A stretch of DNA of 64,000 nt from Gemmatimonadales bacterium UBA2975 (GCA_002348265.1 DEAT01000022.1:131792-195791); one strand, 5' to 3'; positions 8,133-17,889 are shown, counted from the first letter of the stretch. Program-made: numbers and translations. Notes: generated by a model from the letters alone, not told the origin.

Positions 8133-10643
8133 GTGATAATCGCTCACCTTTCGGATCTCCATCTCGGATTTCGGGCTTACGGGCGCGTGGTCCGAGGAGC
8201 GGATATGCGTGAGCGTGATGTGGCGGCGGCATTCGAAAGAGCCGTTCAAGAACTAATCAGACTAAGGCCGAACGTGGTGGTGGTGGCAGGGGACGTCTTT
8301 GACCGCCCTGATCCGCCAGCTAGTGCTGTAGTGGCACTTGCTCGAGGTCTAGAATCAATGAGTACTGGCCTGCCTGGTACAAGAGTACTGATGGTGGCGG
8401 GTCCTAGAGATACGCCACGTAGATCTGGAGATCCGGGAGCACTCGCAGTGTTAGACACCCTTTCCAATGTAGATGCTGTAACGGCACGTACCCAACGGAT
8501 CGAGATCGATCGGCTGGGTTTGAACGCTTGCTTGGTACCTTACCGCGCACTAGTGCGCAGCGCTCCTCCTGTGCCTGGTCCAGACCCTCGTATGCGCTGG
8601 AATCTCTTGGTGATGCACGCAGAGGCCGATCGTGGCGAGGCTGCAGGGATCATGATTGATCCTGAGGAATGGGACTACGTTGCGTTGGGTGGAGAGCACC
8701 AGCGAAGGGAGTTGTCGCAGCGAGTGAGGTATCCGGGTTCACTCGAGCGCGTGGCGCTAGATCCTTGGGAAGAGGCAGGCGATGAGAAAGGTTTCTTGAC
8801 GGCAAATCTCGAAACTGGTCAGGTTTCCTTCCACACTATCCCTGTTCGCCCTGTAGTCGCGCTTGCCCCGGTGAAGGTTGGGCCACCAGGAGATCCGGAT
8901 CGTGTAAGAAGAAGAGTAAGAGAAGTGCTCGGTGAGGTGCCGGGTGGTATCACGGACAAGATCGTTAGGCTTCGCTTGCAGGGCGCGCGGCCTAACGATT
9001 TGCTCGCGCTTCAGGGTGAGCCCCTGCGTGCGCTGAGAGGCGAAGCGCTCCACTTGGCCGTCGAAGCTGAAAAGGATATCCACGTTCCAGCGGAAGCCTG
9101 GCTTCCGGTCGATTATGCAGCTCAGGTGCGGAACACTGTCCTAACCGAGCTCGAGCATGACGGTAAGCGCAACCTGGAGACCGAACGTGTGATTACAGAA
9201 ATTCTGCAAGGGATCTCTTCCGTATCACGGGATAGGCCAATCGGTGCCGTTCAAGCTCTAGATGGGGTGGTTTCCGGTTTTGGTAGAGTGAGTACGTCGA
9301 TTCCGATCGGGTTAACAGCGATCCTCGGAGGAGGAGGGCGTGCGCGCAGAGCGGTTGCTGATCTATTCAGGGATGCGGGAAATACCGGCCCAGAAACGGC
9401 TCTTTCGAGATGGTGGAATGGAACCGATGGGGAGACTCTGGACGGCTCCCTTAGAAGGGCGATTGATGCCGTTGCGGAAAGCCGTGGTGCGAGCCTTGTT
9501 GATGACGCTCTGGAATCGTTAGGTGCGACAATTCAACCAGAGATGGCTGCGTCTTCAACCCAGAACCGGTTGAGGAGAACGGAAGGTATTAATCCGGACC
9601 AGGTTAGAGAAGAGTTTAATATGGCACAGCGAGAGTTGCTTGCTAGAAGAGCTGACGTCACAGAGGTAGAGGGAGACTTGGAAGCTGCAACCATGGACTG
9701 GCTGCGAGAGCGTCAAGATGCGGAAACCACTCTCTTCGCATATCGAGACAGGGCTCGAGAGTTGAGACGTCGCATCCGCGGCATGGAAGCCAGAGGTCCG
9801 GAGGCACCGTGCCCGACTTGTGGCAGGATTCTGGACAGCCACTACGAAGAGGTGCTCACAGGGCTGATGGAAGAATGGGAATCGGTTGTTCAGGATGGGA
9901 CTTGGTGGAGGAGCAGGTGGGGGCAGCTAGAGATGAAGCCACAGCATCTCCAGGATCTAGAGAGAACGGCACTGAGGCTACACTCTGCAGTGGAGACCGG
10001 ATCCGAGCGCTTAGAGGTCCTTCGCGTAAGGATTAAGGAACTTGATGGGGTTCAGGCCGCACCTCTACATGAGCTTGATGATACAAAGGGGGCAGTAGCG
10101 GCTGCGCTCATTAGGGTACGGGTTGCTCGGATTGCTCGTTCGAAACACCTGCTTCTAGATAGAGCTTCTCGCTTCGTATCAAGAGTGTCCGGTGGGCGTG
10201 TATTGGCACTTACGTTCGAAGACGGAGTCGTCCGTCTTCAAGGAAGCGATGGTGCGCTTACCCCGCTCTCAGAAGAAGACTTGGCGGTCGGCCGCATCGC
10301 GATCAGGCTAGCAGTGGCCTCTCTGGTTGCGGCTCAGGGGCTGTGTGTCGCCAGCTTGCCAATCGAACATCCTTTTGATTCTCTAGACACCGAGGCTCGC
10401 ATTCGCGCCCTTGTTCTCACTAAACAGTTGCTAAATGAAGTTCCCCGGATCGTTCTGTTCAGTCGAGGAGATGCTGTCGATGCTCGTCCAGAGCTTTTTG
10501 ACTACGTGTTGGAGGTACGTGACGACGAGGCGGTAACAGGGCCGGTCCTTCGCTCGGCCTCATCAGGTCCGGGTAGGATCAAGATTCGTTCCGGGTCTTC
10601 AGATACTCTAAAAAGGGCCGGCTTTGTGCCCACTGATAGGTGA
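8133..10643 (+). CDS. Fused SbcD/Mre11-like metallophosphoesterase and SbcC/Rad50-like zinc-hook coiled-coil protein, catalytic motifs degenerate
   Basis: The N-terminus has MIIAHLSDLHLG (motif I) and AGDVFDRP (motif II), but GPRD stands in place of GNHD and ALGGEHQ in place of GHxH. The middle segment GLTAILGGGGRARR (9309-9350) sits in the position of Walker A GxxGxGKS/T. The zinc hook CPTC is at 9810-9821, flanked by heptad-like, Glu/Arg-rich sequence. Near the C-terminus, LSEEDLAVGRIAIRLA stands in place of LSGGE, LPIEHPFDSLD (10356-10388) in place of hhhhDE..LD, and IVLFSR in place of the H-loop. Confidence 0.7.
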   Translation: MIIAHLSDLHLGFRAYGRVVRGADMRERDVAAAFERAVQELIRLRPNVVVVAGDVFDRPDPPASAVVALARGLESMSTGLPGTRVLMVAGPRDTPRRSGDPGALAVLDTLSNVDAVTARTQRIEIDRLGLNACLVPYRALVRSAPPVPGPDPRMRWNLLVMHAEADRGEAAGIMIDPEEWDYVALGGEHQRRELSQRVRYPGSLERVALDPWEEAGDEKGFLTANLETGQVSFHTIPVRPVVALAPVKVGPPGDPDRVRRRVREVLGEVPGGITDKIVRLRLQGARPNDLLALQGEPLRALRGEALHLAVEAEKDIHVPAEAWLPVDYAAQVRNTVLTELEHDGKRNLETERVITEILQGISSVSRDRPIGAVQALDGVVSGFGRVSTSIPIGLTAILGGGGRARRAVADLFRDAGNTGPETALSRWWNGTDGETLDGSLRRAIDAVAESRGASLVDDALESLGATIQPEMAASSTQNRLRRTEGINPDQVREEFNMAQRELLARRADVTEVEGDLEAATMDWLRERQDAETTLFAYRDRARELRRRIRGMEARGPEAPCPTCGRILDSHYEEVLTGLMEEWESVVQDGTWWRSRWGQLEMKPQHLQDLERTALRLHSAVETGSERLEVLRVRIKELDGVQAAPLHELDDTKGAVAAALIRVRVARIARSKHLLLDRASRFVSRVSGGRVLALTFEDGVVRLQGSDGALTPLSEEDLAVGRIAIRLAVASLVAAQGLCVASLPIEHPFDSLDTEARIRALVLTKQLLNEVPRIVLFSRGDAVDARPELFDYVLEVRDDEAVTGPVLRSASSGPGRIKIRSGSSDTLKRAGFVPTDR

Positions 10644-10704
10644 TCGTCTCAGGGTAGTCGGCCGAGTAATTTCCAATAGGTCTATGCCTGCGACTTCCCG
10701 CGCG

Positions 10705-11085
10705 TCAGTTTCCTAGAGCCGCGGTTGCGACGATCTCAAGTACATAGGGATCCCTGAAGCTCTTAACCGGCACGATCGCCCTGGCGGGCTTATGAGGACC
10801 CATGACTTCGGCATAGACTTCGTTTACTGCGCTCCAGTGCTCTATGCCTGATACGTATATCATCATTCGTACCACAGACTTTAAGCTGGACCCCGCCTCC
10901 TTGAGTACAACTTCGATGTTGGTGAGAGCCTGGCGTGCCTGCTCAGCAGCGTCGCCGGGGTGTGCATCTGGGTTCTTCGGGTCTGTACCCAGCATGCCCG
11001 ATACGTAAACGACGCCGCCGTACACCACCGCCTGACTGTAGTGTCCGGCGGGCTGTGTCCCTTCTTTTGTATGGATGAATTTCAT
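10705..11085 (-). CDS. ridA: RidA/YjgF/L-PSP family enamine/imine deaminase
   Basis: GHYSQAVVYGGVVYVSGMLG, NIEVVLKEAG and ARAIVPV are classic RidA blocks. The start was trimmed to ATG 11085 because the longer ORF would overlap the upstream gene. Confidence 0.85.
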   Translation of the reverse strand: MKFIHTKEGTQPAGHYSQAVVYGGVVYVSGMLGTDPKNPDAHPGDAAEQARQALTNIEVVLKEAGSSLKSVVRMMIYVSGIEHWSAVNEVYAEVMGPHKPARAIVPVKSFRDPYVLEIVATAALGN

Positions 11086-11107
11086 CGGATCTCTGTTCAG
11101 TTGGAGT

Positions 11108-12292
11108 TTAGATTTGTAACCGAGCAGCTTCCTTTCTTGGCTTTCCTTGCTCGCGCCAAGCAAATCGATAAAGCCATCGGTTGTCCCGCTTTTCCAATGC
11201 GTCCCCAACGATTCTACCAATCATCGGTGTGAACTTAAAGCCGTGGCCACTCCCGCCAGCAGCAACTAAAAGACCTGATCTTTCAGGGTCTTCACCGATC
11301 CACAGATCACCATCGAAGGTGTCGCAGTAAAGGCATACCCTGGTTCCGACTACAGGGGCGTCTGCGAGTTTGGGTAGTGAGTTCCGCAGGAAAGATCGGG
11401 CGTTGTCTAGGTGTGTTTTGGATACCTCCCCTCGCGAGTCGGGATCGACAACGTGTCCATTTCCATGGTGACCAAGCTTGAGGCGGCCGTCTTGTAGAGC
11501 AGGAAAACCGTACCATCCAGAGCCAGATGTGTCCGCTGCAAACGGGGGAAAGATTGGGCTCTGCCACTGGGATGGATTCTCTACCTCGTAATGTATGATT
11601 GGTTGAGCGACCGGCTTGAGAGTATCCTCTAGCCAAGGGAGAAGAATTGGTGTCCACGCGCCTGCTGCCACCACCACTCGATCTGCTGTTAGCGTATTCA
11701 TTGACCCATCCTGCTCTTGATAGCTGACACCGGACACCTGAGAGCCCTTGTTAAGGACTTCGTTGAGTGTCCCTTTGACAAAGTGCACCCCCTCGGCCCG
11801 CCCCAATTCCAGCAGGCGCGATACGACCGCGCCACTTTCTGCCCAGCCTCCTCGGGGACTTAGATAACCTTGGGGATAAAGGCTGGCGTTCCACGCCGGC
11901 CATTTGGCGGCGAGTTGTGCGGCATTAAATCGCTCGGGTGTATACCCTCGCTCCCGAAGAACACGTTCGCTTTCGAATTCAAAGCTCCCAGGTTCAAATG
12001 GATTGGCAGCAAGCACTAGAAAGCGTTCGGGGTGATACAAGCGCTTAGGCCACTCCTCGTTCCACTGCTCCCATGTGTTCAGAGAATAATCTGCGAGCTC
12101 GTGGTAAAAAATATCCGATCCATAATCCATGCGGATCATCTTGCTTATGTCGGTTGATGAGGCGCTTGGATGGGGACCGATTGTTCGGTCGAGTATAGTT
12201 ACCTGGTGCCCTCTCTGAGCGAGCTCGAGCGCCGAGACTGCTCCGAATGCTCCTGCTCCTACCACGAGTACGTCTAAACACTCTCTTTGCAT
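11108..12292 (-). CDS. FAD-dependent oxidoreductase (DAO / sarcosine-oxidase-like family)
   Basis: The N-terminal dinucleotide fold is VLVVGAGAFGAVSALELAQRGHQVTILDR. The C-terminal GGSGHGFKFTPMIG is typical of the DAO family. Confidence 0.85.
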   Translation of the reverse strand: MQRECLDVLVVGAGAFGAVSALELAQRGHQVTILDRTIGPHPSASSTDISKMIRMDYGSDIFYHELADYSLNTWEQWNEEWPKRLYHPERFLVLAANPFEPGSFEFESERVLRERGYTPERFNAAQLAAKWPAWNASLYPQGYLSPRGGWAESGAVVSRLLELGRAEGVHFVKGTLNEVLNKGSQVSGVSYQEQDGSMNTLTADRVVVAAGAWTPILLPWLEDTLKPVAQPIIHYEVENPSQWQSPIFPPFAADTSGSGWYGFPALQDGRLKLGHHGNGHVVDPDSRGEVSKTHLDNARSFLRNSLPKLADAPVVGTRVCLYCDTFDGDLWIGEDPERSGLLVAAGGSGHGFKFTPMIGRIVGDALEKRDNRWLYRFAWREQGKPRKEAARLQI

Positions 12293-12353
12293 CTGTGTCC
12301 TTGGGGATTCATGTTTTTACAATTGAGAGCACTCTGCACTCAATACAATCTCT

Positions 12354-13328
12354 ATGCAAATGCGAATCCTATCCGAAGCCGATGTGCGTCAGGCAGTAGA
12401 TATGCCGGCAGCGATTGACGCGATGCGTGATGCTTTCTCGGTACTGTCGTCTGGTCAGGCGACTGTGCCGATAAGGCTTGGGCTTGAAACAGAGTTCGGT
12501 ATTTCGCTCTTTATGCCTGCGCACATGAAACCGTCAGGACAGGCAGGCGCTAAGGTTGTATCAGTGAATCCCGGTAATGTGACTAAAGGGTTGCCAGTGA
12601 TCCACGCAGTCGTTCTGATCATGGACCCGGTAACGGGAACGCCGTTAGCTCTAATGGACGGGACTTGGCTTACAGCTCTTAGGACTGGAGCAATCGGTGG
12701 ACTGGCAGCTCAAGTCCTGTCGCGCAAGGATTCATCTGTGGTGGCACTCTTCGGTGCCGGTGTTCAGGCGCGGACTCAGTTAGAGGCTGTCCGGTGCGTT
12801 CGTGATATTCAAGAAGTACGGGTGGTTTCACTAAGCGGGACCAGTGCGCAGCAACTCGCTTCAGAACTCGAAGGTGTTACTGCGCTTGGGTTGAGCGATC
12901 CTAGTATAGCGATCGCCGGTGCCGATATAGTGATTGCAGCCACAAGCAGCACCACTCCAGTCTTCAAGGGCTGCCAAATCGACCCAGGCACTCACGTGAC
13001 CGGAGTCGGATCTTTTACCATCGACATGCGTGAGGTAGACGCAGAACTCATAACACGAGCCCGGGTGGTTGTTGACCAACGGGATGCTATCCTGGATGAG
13101 GCTGGGGATATCGTTGGACCAATCCGAGACGGTGTAGTGGATGAGTCCATCATGCATGCTGAGATTGGCGAGATCCTGCTTGGAGAGAAGGAAGGTCGAC
13201 GAGACAGCGAACAAATCACGTTCTTCAAATCGGTTGGCAATGCAGTCCAAGACCTAGCTGTGGCCTCTCTAGTGCTGGAGGTCGCAGAACGGGAAGACTT
13301 GGGGGTCGTAGTAGATTTAGGGGGATGA
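12354..13328 (+). CDS. Ornithine cyclodeaminase / mu-crystallin family protein (possible ketimine/imino-acid reductase)
   Basis: LTALRTGAIGGLAA and the Rossmann segment VALFGAGVQARTQL are present, and the 324-aa length is typical. Confidence 0.85.
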   Translation: MQMRILSEADVRQAVDMPAAIDAMRDAFSVLSSGQATVPIRLGLETEFGISLFMPAHMKPSGQAGAKVVSVNPGNVTKGLPVIHAVVLIMDPVTGTPLALMDGTWLTALRTGAIGGLAAQVLSRKDSSVVALFGAGVQARTQLEAVRCVRDIQEVRVVSLSGTSAQQLASELEGVTALGLSDPSIAIAGADIVIAATSSTTPVFKGCQIDPGTHVTGVGSFTIDMREVDAELITRARVVVDQRDAILDEAGDIVGPIRDGVVDESIMHAEIGEILLGEKEGRRDSEQITFFKSVGNAVQDLAVASLVLEVAEREDLGVVVDLGG

Positions 13329-13342
13329 CCCTTCTAGGGAGA

Positions 13343-15703
13343 CTACAGGCCAGTCTGTTCTGGAGTGCCTAGGGTCTGCCACTGCTGTGATAGAACCTCG
13401 TACCGTTCTCGAGCCTCAGTGTCCCCATACTGAACGGCTGCTTCTAGTAGAGAGAGGTACACCCATGAGTAATAGTTTGGGATCCCAATCGTGGCGATAT
13501 CCGGCCAGTGATCCCACTGGGGAATATCACCGCGATGGATGAATACCTGGTCGGCTAGTAGCGCTGTCCGCTCTTGGTCAACGAATTCACCTGTCACTGG
13601 GACGTAGGGTGATCCGGTCAGTGCTGTGAACCGGGGGTTATCTGCCGGTGGACCATTACTCAACCGGAAAGCCAGGCCTTGGCGTACGAGGTAGGGTTGG
13701 ACGCCAAGAGAGGCCGCCGCATTTCCGCTGGACGCGAAGTAGATAGGTCTGTCGTCTATGGATTCGACGAGAAGCGTTAGAGCAAAACGTTGCCATGGCT
13801 GTAGGAGCATGCCGCTTGGTAGGCGGGCTTCAATATTGCCGATCTGGATCGCTACGCCTTGGTCCAAGCGTGTAAAGGCCATCGAGGCCTCTTCTATCTG
13901 CTCGTCTGTGAGGGGGAGAATACTCCTCGTAGGTGGAGAGATCGATTGGATTATAATCGGCGTCTGGTTTCCTGCTTTCCCTGGTTCAGTGACGTATGCT
14001 GCCTGTGTGTTACTTGGGTCGTACGGCCTCTGGCACTGGATCACGCTCCAGTCCGACGCCGGGTCGATGTCGTGGCAAGGCTCCGTGAGCCTCTTGAGTT
14101 GCTTTGTGTACCATTCTGTGTTGAGATATGACGTTACGATGACCGTGACGTCTCTTCGGATACCTTCTACCTCCTGTAGGTACCAGAGCGGGAAGGTGTC
14201 GTTGTCACCGTTGGTGAATAGGACCGAATATGGTTCGACGCTCATGAGTAGATTGTAGGCCCAGTCCCGAGCAGCGTAGTCATATGTTCTGGTCGCCCAG
14301 CTCCAGTTGAGGCCTAGGGGTATTAGAGCGAGCAGGAGAATCGGACTCGCCTTTTTTAGCCCCAATCCTGCTTCGTCGGCCGTTTCCTTCCACAAACTGG
14401 CTATACCCATTCCGGCCCAAAGTCCCCACACGGAAAAGCTTACTACAAAGAAGTAGTCGCGCTCCCGAACTTCATGCAGCGAGCGGTCCGCAACGGGAGC
14501 AAGGAGTGAATACCCGTACTTGAAGTTGAGGTAGTAGATCAGTGCGACCGAAAGAGTTGCAAACAGCGTGGCGATGTATATGAAACCGGCTTTGTCTCGC
14601 CGATAATGTTCCACAGCACCCCAGATTCCAAGTCCAGTGAAGAGCATTGTGAATGGAAGACGGATGCGAGCAAAAACTCCCTGTTCACCCTCTAATGACC
14701 TTGCCCATTGCCAGTCGAAGTACTGAAGGTAGTTCAAGAACTGATCAGTCAGGGGTGCCTGCCGGGGCACCAGGGATGGCTTGTCATACTGGGTTCTGTT
14801 CAGTGCTTCAGAGAGTGCCTCGCACCCAGCTTTTCCGTAGCTGACCACGGCGGTGATGGCTGATCCTATATCAGGACAGGTTGGAGCCCCTTCGTTGATA
14901 ACTGGACCGAGTCCTGCCCGTATTGGCAGGAAGAGGTGGATCGACAGCCCGAGGATGGCAGCCGCCAGTCCTCCGACATACAAACGCCAGTTCAATAGGG
15001 TGCGAGGGTGCACCCAAAGGACAAAGAGTATGATGGCGGGGGCAGCCAGGAATGCCATTAGGTGGTTCCCAACACTAAGGGCGAGCACGAACACCATGAG
15101 AATCAGAAGATTATCGTCTTCTTTACCTCGCCCGAGGTTTTCTTGCCAGCGGACGATGAGCCATGACAGTAAGGCAATCGTGAGAAGCGATACTGTGTAT
15201 ACTTTCTCGTTGACGTTCGACTGATTCCAGACAGTGAAGGCAGTCGCGCTCACCAATACCGCAGCAGTCGCGCCTATGAGCCGGAAGCTCCGTTTCTCGG
15301 AGAAATGCCTCAGGACATGGTGCACGACGAGGAACCAGAATGCGTGGGCCGCTGCACTCATGAAGGAACTGAAGAGGTTTATCTTCACTGCCGCGGTCAA
15401 CCCGAGCGGGCTAAGGAGTATCGACCACGCACGTGCCAGTACTACAAAGAGTGGGTTCCCCGGTGGATGGGGTATACCCATAATTTCCCCAGTGGCGATG
15501 TACTCACTGGTATCCCAGAAGGCTGTCGTCGGTGCTAAAGTCGCCGCGTAGAGGACAAATACTGCCAAGCCTGCGGCAAGAGCCACTATGTATGGCGGCT
15601 CTGAGTCCGCTGCCCCCGTGACCTTCAATGACGATGAGCCATTCGCGAGTGCTTCGGTTCCCTTAGAACGGGTCCTGGAGAGTTTGCTGACGTCTGGGCT
15701 CAT
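13343..15703 (-). CDS. DUF2723 / TMEM260-like polytopic membrane glycosyltransferase-family protein
   Basis: The N-terminal conserved block is TAFWDTSEYIATGEIMGIPHPPGNPLFV. There are more than 10 predicted TM helices followed by a large soluble C-terminal domain. Confidence 0.78.
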   Translation of the reverse strand: MSPDVSKLSRTRSKGTEALANGSSSLKVTGAADSEPPYIVALAAGLAVFVLYAATLAPTTAFWDTSEYIATGEIMGIPHPPGNPLFVVLARAWSILLSPLGLTAAVKINLFSSFMSAAAHAFWFLVVHHVLRHFSEKRSFRLIGATAAVLVSATAFTVWNQSNVNEKVYTVSLLTIALLSWLIVRWQENLGRGKEDDNLLILMVFVLALSVGNHLMAFLAAPAIILFVLWVHPRTLLNWRLYVGGLAAAILGLSIHLFLPIRAGLGPVINEGAPTCPDIGSAITAVVSYGKAGCEALSEALNRTQYDKPSLVPRQAPLTDQFLNYLQYFDWQWARSLEGEQGVFARIRLPFTMLFTGLGIWGAVEHYRRDKAGFIYIATLFATLSVALIYYLNFKYGYSLLAPVADRSLHEVRERDYFFVVSFSVWGLWAGMGIASLWKETADEAGLGLKKASPILLLALIPLGLNWSWATRTYDYAARDWAYNLLMSVEPYSVLFTNGDNDTFPLWYLQEVEGIRRDVTVIVTSYLNTEWYTKQLKRLTEPCHDIDPASDWSVIQCQRPYDPSNTQAAYVTEPGKAGNQTPIIIQSISPPTRSILPLTDEQIEEASMAFTRLDQGVAIQIGNIEARLPSGMLLQPWQRFALTLLVESIDDRPIYFASSGNAAASLGVQPYLVRQGLAFRLSNGPPADNPRFTALTGSPYVPVTGEFVDQERTALLADQVFIHRGDIPQWDHWPDIATIGIPNYYSWVYLSLLEAAVQYGDTEARERYEVLSQQWQTLGTPEQTGL

Positions 15704-15771
15704 GCTAGATCATATGCGTTTGGATGCTGCGCCTTTAGGCGAAAACCCAAAAGATAGAAAGTGGTGGGTCT

Positions 15772-17787
15772 TTAGTCTGTTGTCAGGTGGAGCGTGCCCC
15801 ACTCGTCGACGTTCATCGTCCAATCAGGGGGCACCCAGACTGTTCCACTGTATTCTTTCACCACAAGTGGCCCATGCAGAATGTCTTTTGGACCTAACTC
15901 GCTTCGCCACAGGCTCATCGCCTCGTGTTTTATTCCACCGTAGACGAGCGACACAGGTTTCATCTGGGCTGCGTTACCCACGGTCGGTAACCGCGCAGCT
16001 CTCAGGTCAAGAGGTGGAGCAGATGCGATGATTCGCAGGGTTACGGCCTCCACCGCAGTTTGTTCTCGTCGATAGCCATAACGCTCGTGGTGTGCTTTAT
16101 GGAACTCTTCGACCCAGTCTTGGACTGGGACGCTGAGCTCAAAACTCTGCCCTTGATAGCGCGCGTCGACCCATTTTTCCACACTTATTAAATTCGAGTT
16201 AACGCCTCCTTCTGCCATCGACTTACGTGCACGCTCTTCCAAGTTACTTAGGGCAGCGGAAAGTCGGTTTTCTAGGTCGAGTGTTTCAGTGTTCAGGAGC
16301 ACTGTTCGCGATACCTCTTGGGTGACCGGTGAGGCCAGCATTCCATACGCAGAAAGCAACCCGGGATCAGGTGGCACGAGTGCCCGACGCGAACCGAGGC
16401 GCTTCGTAAGCTCGGCAACGTGAAGTCCTCCTGCTCCACCGAAGGCCACTACTGCGAAGTCTACTGGATCATATCCACGCTCTACAGAAATGACTCGCAA
16501 TGCCCTTTCCATCGCCGTGTCTGCGACTGAGAGGATCCCTTCGGCAGCTTGGTCCAAGGTCATATCGAGAGCTTGAGCAATCTCTCTGAGAGGCGCCTCG
16601 ATTGCATTTTGATCGAGTAGCCGGGTTCCACCAAGGAAAGCATCCGCCGGAAGTCGTCCTAGCCAGACGTGCGCATCGGTGACCGTTACCTCCTTGCCCC
16701 CTAGTCCGTAACAGATAGGTCCGGGTTGGGCGCCCGCGCTGCGTGGACCGACCCGTAAGGCTCCCCCAGGGTCGACACGTGCTATCGATCCCCCACCCGC
16801 TCCGACTGTGTGGATATCAATCACAGGAATAGCTGCCGGCTGTCCGCCGATCGAAAACTCACGTGTTCGAAGCGGTCGCCCTGGGCAGAGCGATACGTCA
16901 GTCGACGTACCTCCCATATCGAAAGATAAGATTGAATCGAATCCGGCCCGACTCCCCCATGTAAGAGCACCGACGACCCCTCCAGCTGGACCCGACAACA
17001 CCGTATGAACGGGTTCGCGCTGAGCCCGCTCGATTGTGAGTGCTCCTCCGTTTGAGCCCATGATCGAAAGTCTTTCCGCACCAGCCTCCCGTGCTAGTCG
17101 ACCTAGATAACGATCCATTATTGGAGCCACGTAAGCGTTCAATACCGTCGTTGAAGTTCTTTCGTATTCTCGGAATTCTGGCACGATCTCACTGGAGACC
17201 GAAATGGGGATCGCGTAGTCACCGAGCCCTTCAGCGATTGCTTTTGAGACGTTTTGTTCGTGGGCCGGGTTCGCATAAGAGTGTAAAAGACAGATAGCAA
17301 CGGATTCCGCTCCTCGCTCAAGAATTTCATCTGCGAGACTAGCTAAGTGTTCTTCGTTGAGTGGTTCGAGTTCCTCTCCGAGCGGGCCTATACGACCGGG
17401 TACACCAATCCGATCATCCCGAGCTACTAAGGGTGGAGGACGATGACCAACCAATGCGTAGAGTTGCGGTCTGTCCTGGCGTCCAATCTCGATGACGTCC
17501 TCGAAGCCTTCGTTCGTCACTAGAGCTACACGTGCGCCGCGTCTTTCGAGTAGGGCATTTGTTGCCACGGTAGAGCCATGAAGGAGTGCAAAGTCATCGC
17601 GGCCCTCAAGGATCTGCTTGATGCCGTTGAGAACTGCCTGTGAGGGGTCATTTGGCGTGGAGGGCACCTTCAAGGTCTGGATCTCATCACCGATGAGTAA
17701 AACTAGGTCGGTGAATGTTCCCCCCGTATCAATGGCGAGGAGCGGTAGTGGCCTCTCTCTCTGGGTCAGGGCGCCAGGGGTACTCAT
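15772..17787 (-). CDS. Hydantoinase/oxoprolinase family protein (HyuA-type, ATP-dependent)
   Basis: The N-terminal motif is LAIDTGGTFTDLVLL. FDMGGTSTDVS and the internal glycine-rich GAGGGS are typical of Hydantoinase_A. Confidence 0.85.
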   Translation of the reverse strand: MSTPGALTQRERPLPLLAIDTGGTFTDLVLLIGDEIQTLKVPSTPNDPSQAVLNGIKQILEGRDDFALLHGSTVATNALLERRGARVALVTNEGFEDVIEIGRQDRPQLYALVGHRPPPLVARDDRIGVPGRIGPLGEELEPLNEEHLASLADEILERGAESVAICLLHSYANPAHEQNVSKAIAEGLGDYAIPISVSSEIVPEFREYERTSTTVLNAYVAPIMDRYLGRLAREAGAERLSIMGSNGGALTIERAQREPVHTVLSGPAGGVVGALTWGSRAGFDSILSFDMGGTSTDVSLCPGRPLRTREFSIGGQPAAIPVIDIHTVGAGGGSIARVDPGGALRVGPRSAGAQPGPICYGLGGKEVTVTDAHVWLGRLPADAFLGGTRLLDQNAIEAPLREIAQALDMTLDQAAEGILSVADTAMERALRVISVERGYDPVDFAVVAFGGAGGLHVAELTKRLGSRRALVPPDPGLLSAYGMLASPVTQEVSRTVLLNTETLDLENRLSAALSNLEERARKSMAEGGVNSNLISVEKWVDARYQGQSFELSVPVQDWVEEFHKAHHERYGYRREQTAVEAVTLRIIASAPPLDLRAARLPTVGNAAQMKPVSLVYGGIKHEAMSLWRSELGPKDILHGPLVVKEYSGTVWVPPDWTMNVDEWGTLHLTTD

Positions 17788-17889
17788 CCGCTTTCTCTGT
17801 TCATAGTCGACATGTAGATGAATTGGCTACCACGTTAGTGCCCAATGTATCACTGACCTGAAGTGGGTGGGTACGAGGTGCACTTGGGC

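Noticed and set aside
15588-16031. 147-aa plus-strand ORF bridging the DUF2723 and hydantoinase genes
   Set aside because: It overlaps the 5' end of one minus-strand gene and the 3' end of the next, and it has no motifs and unremarkable composition. It is likely spurious.
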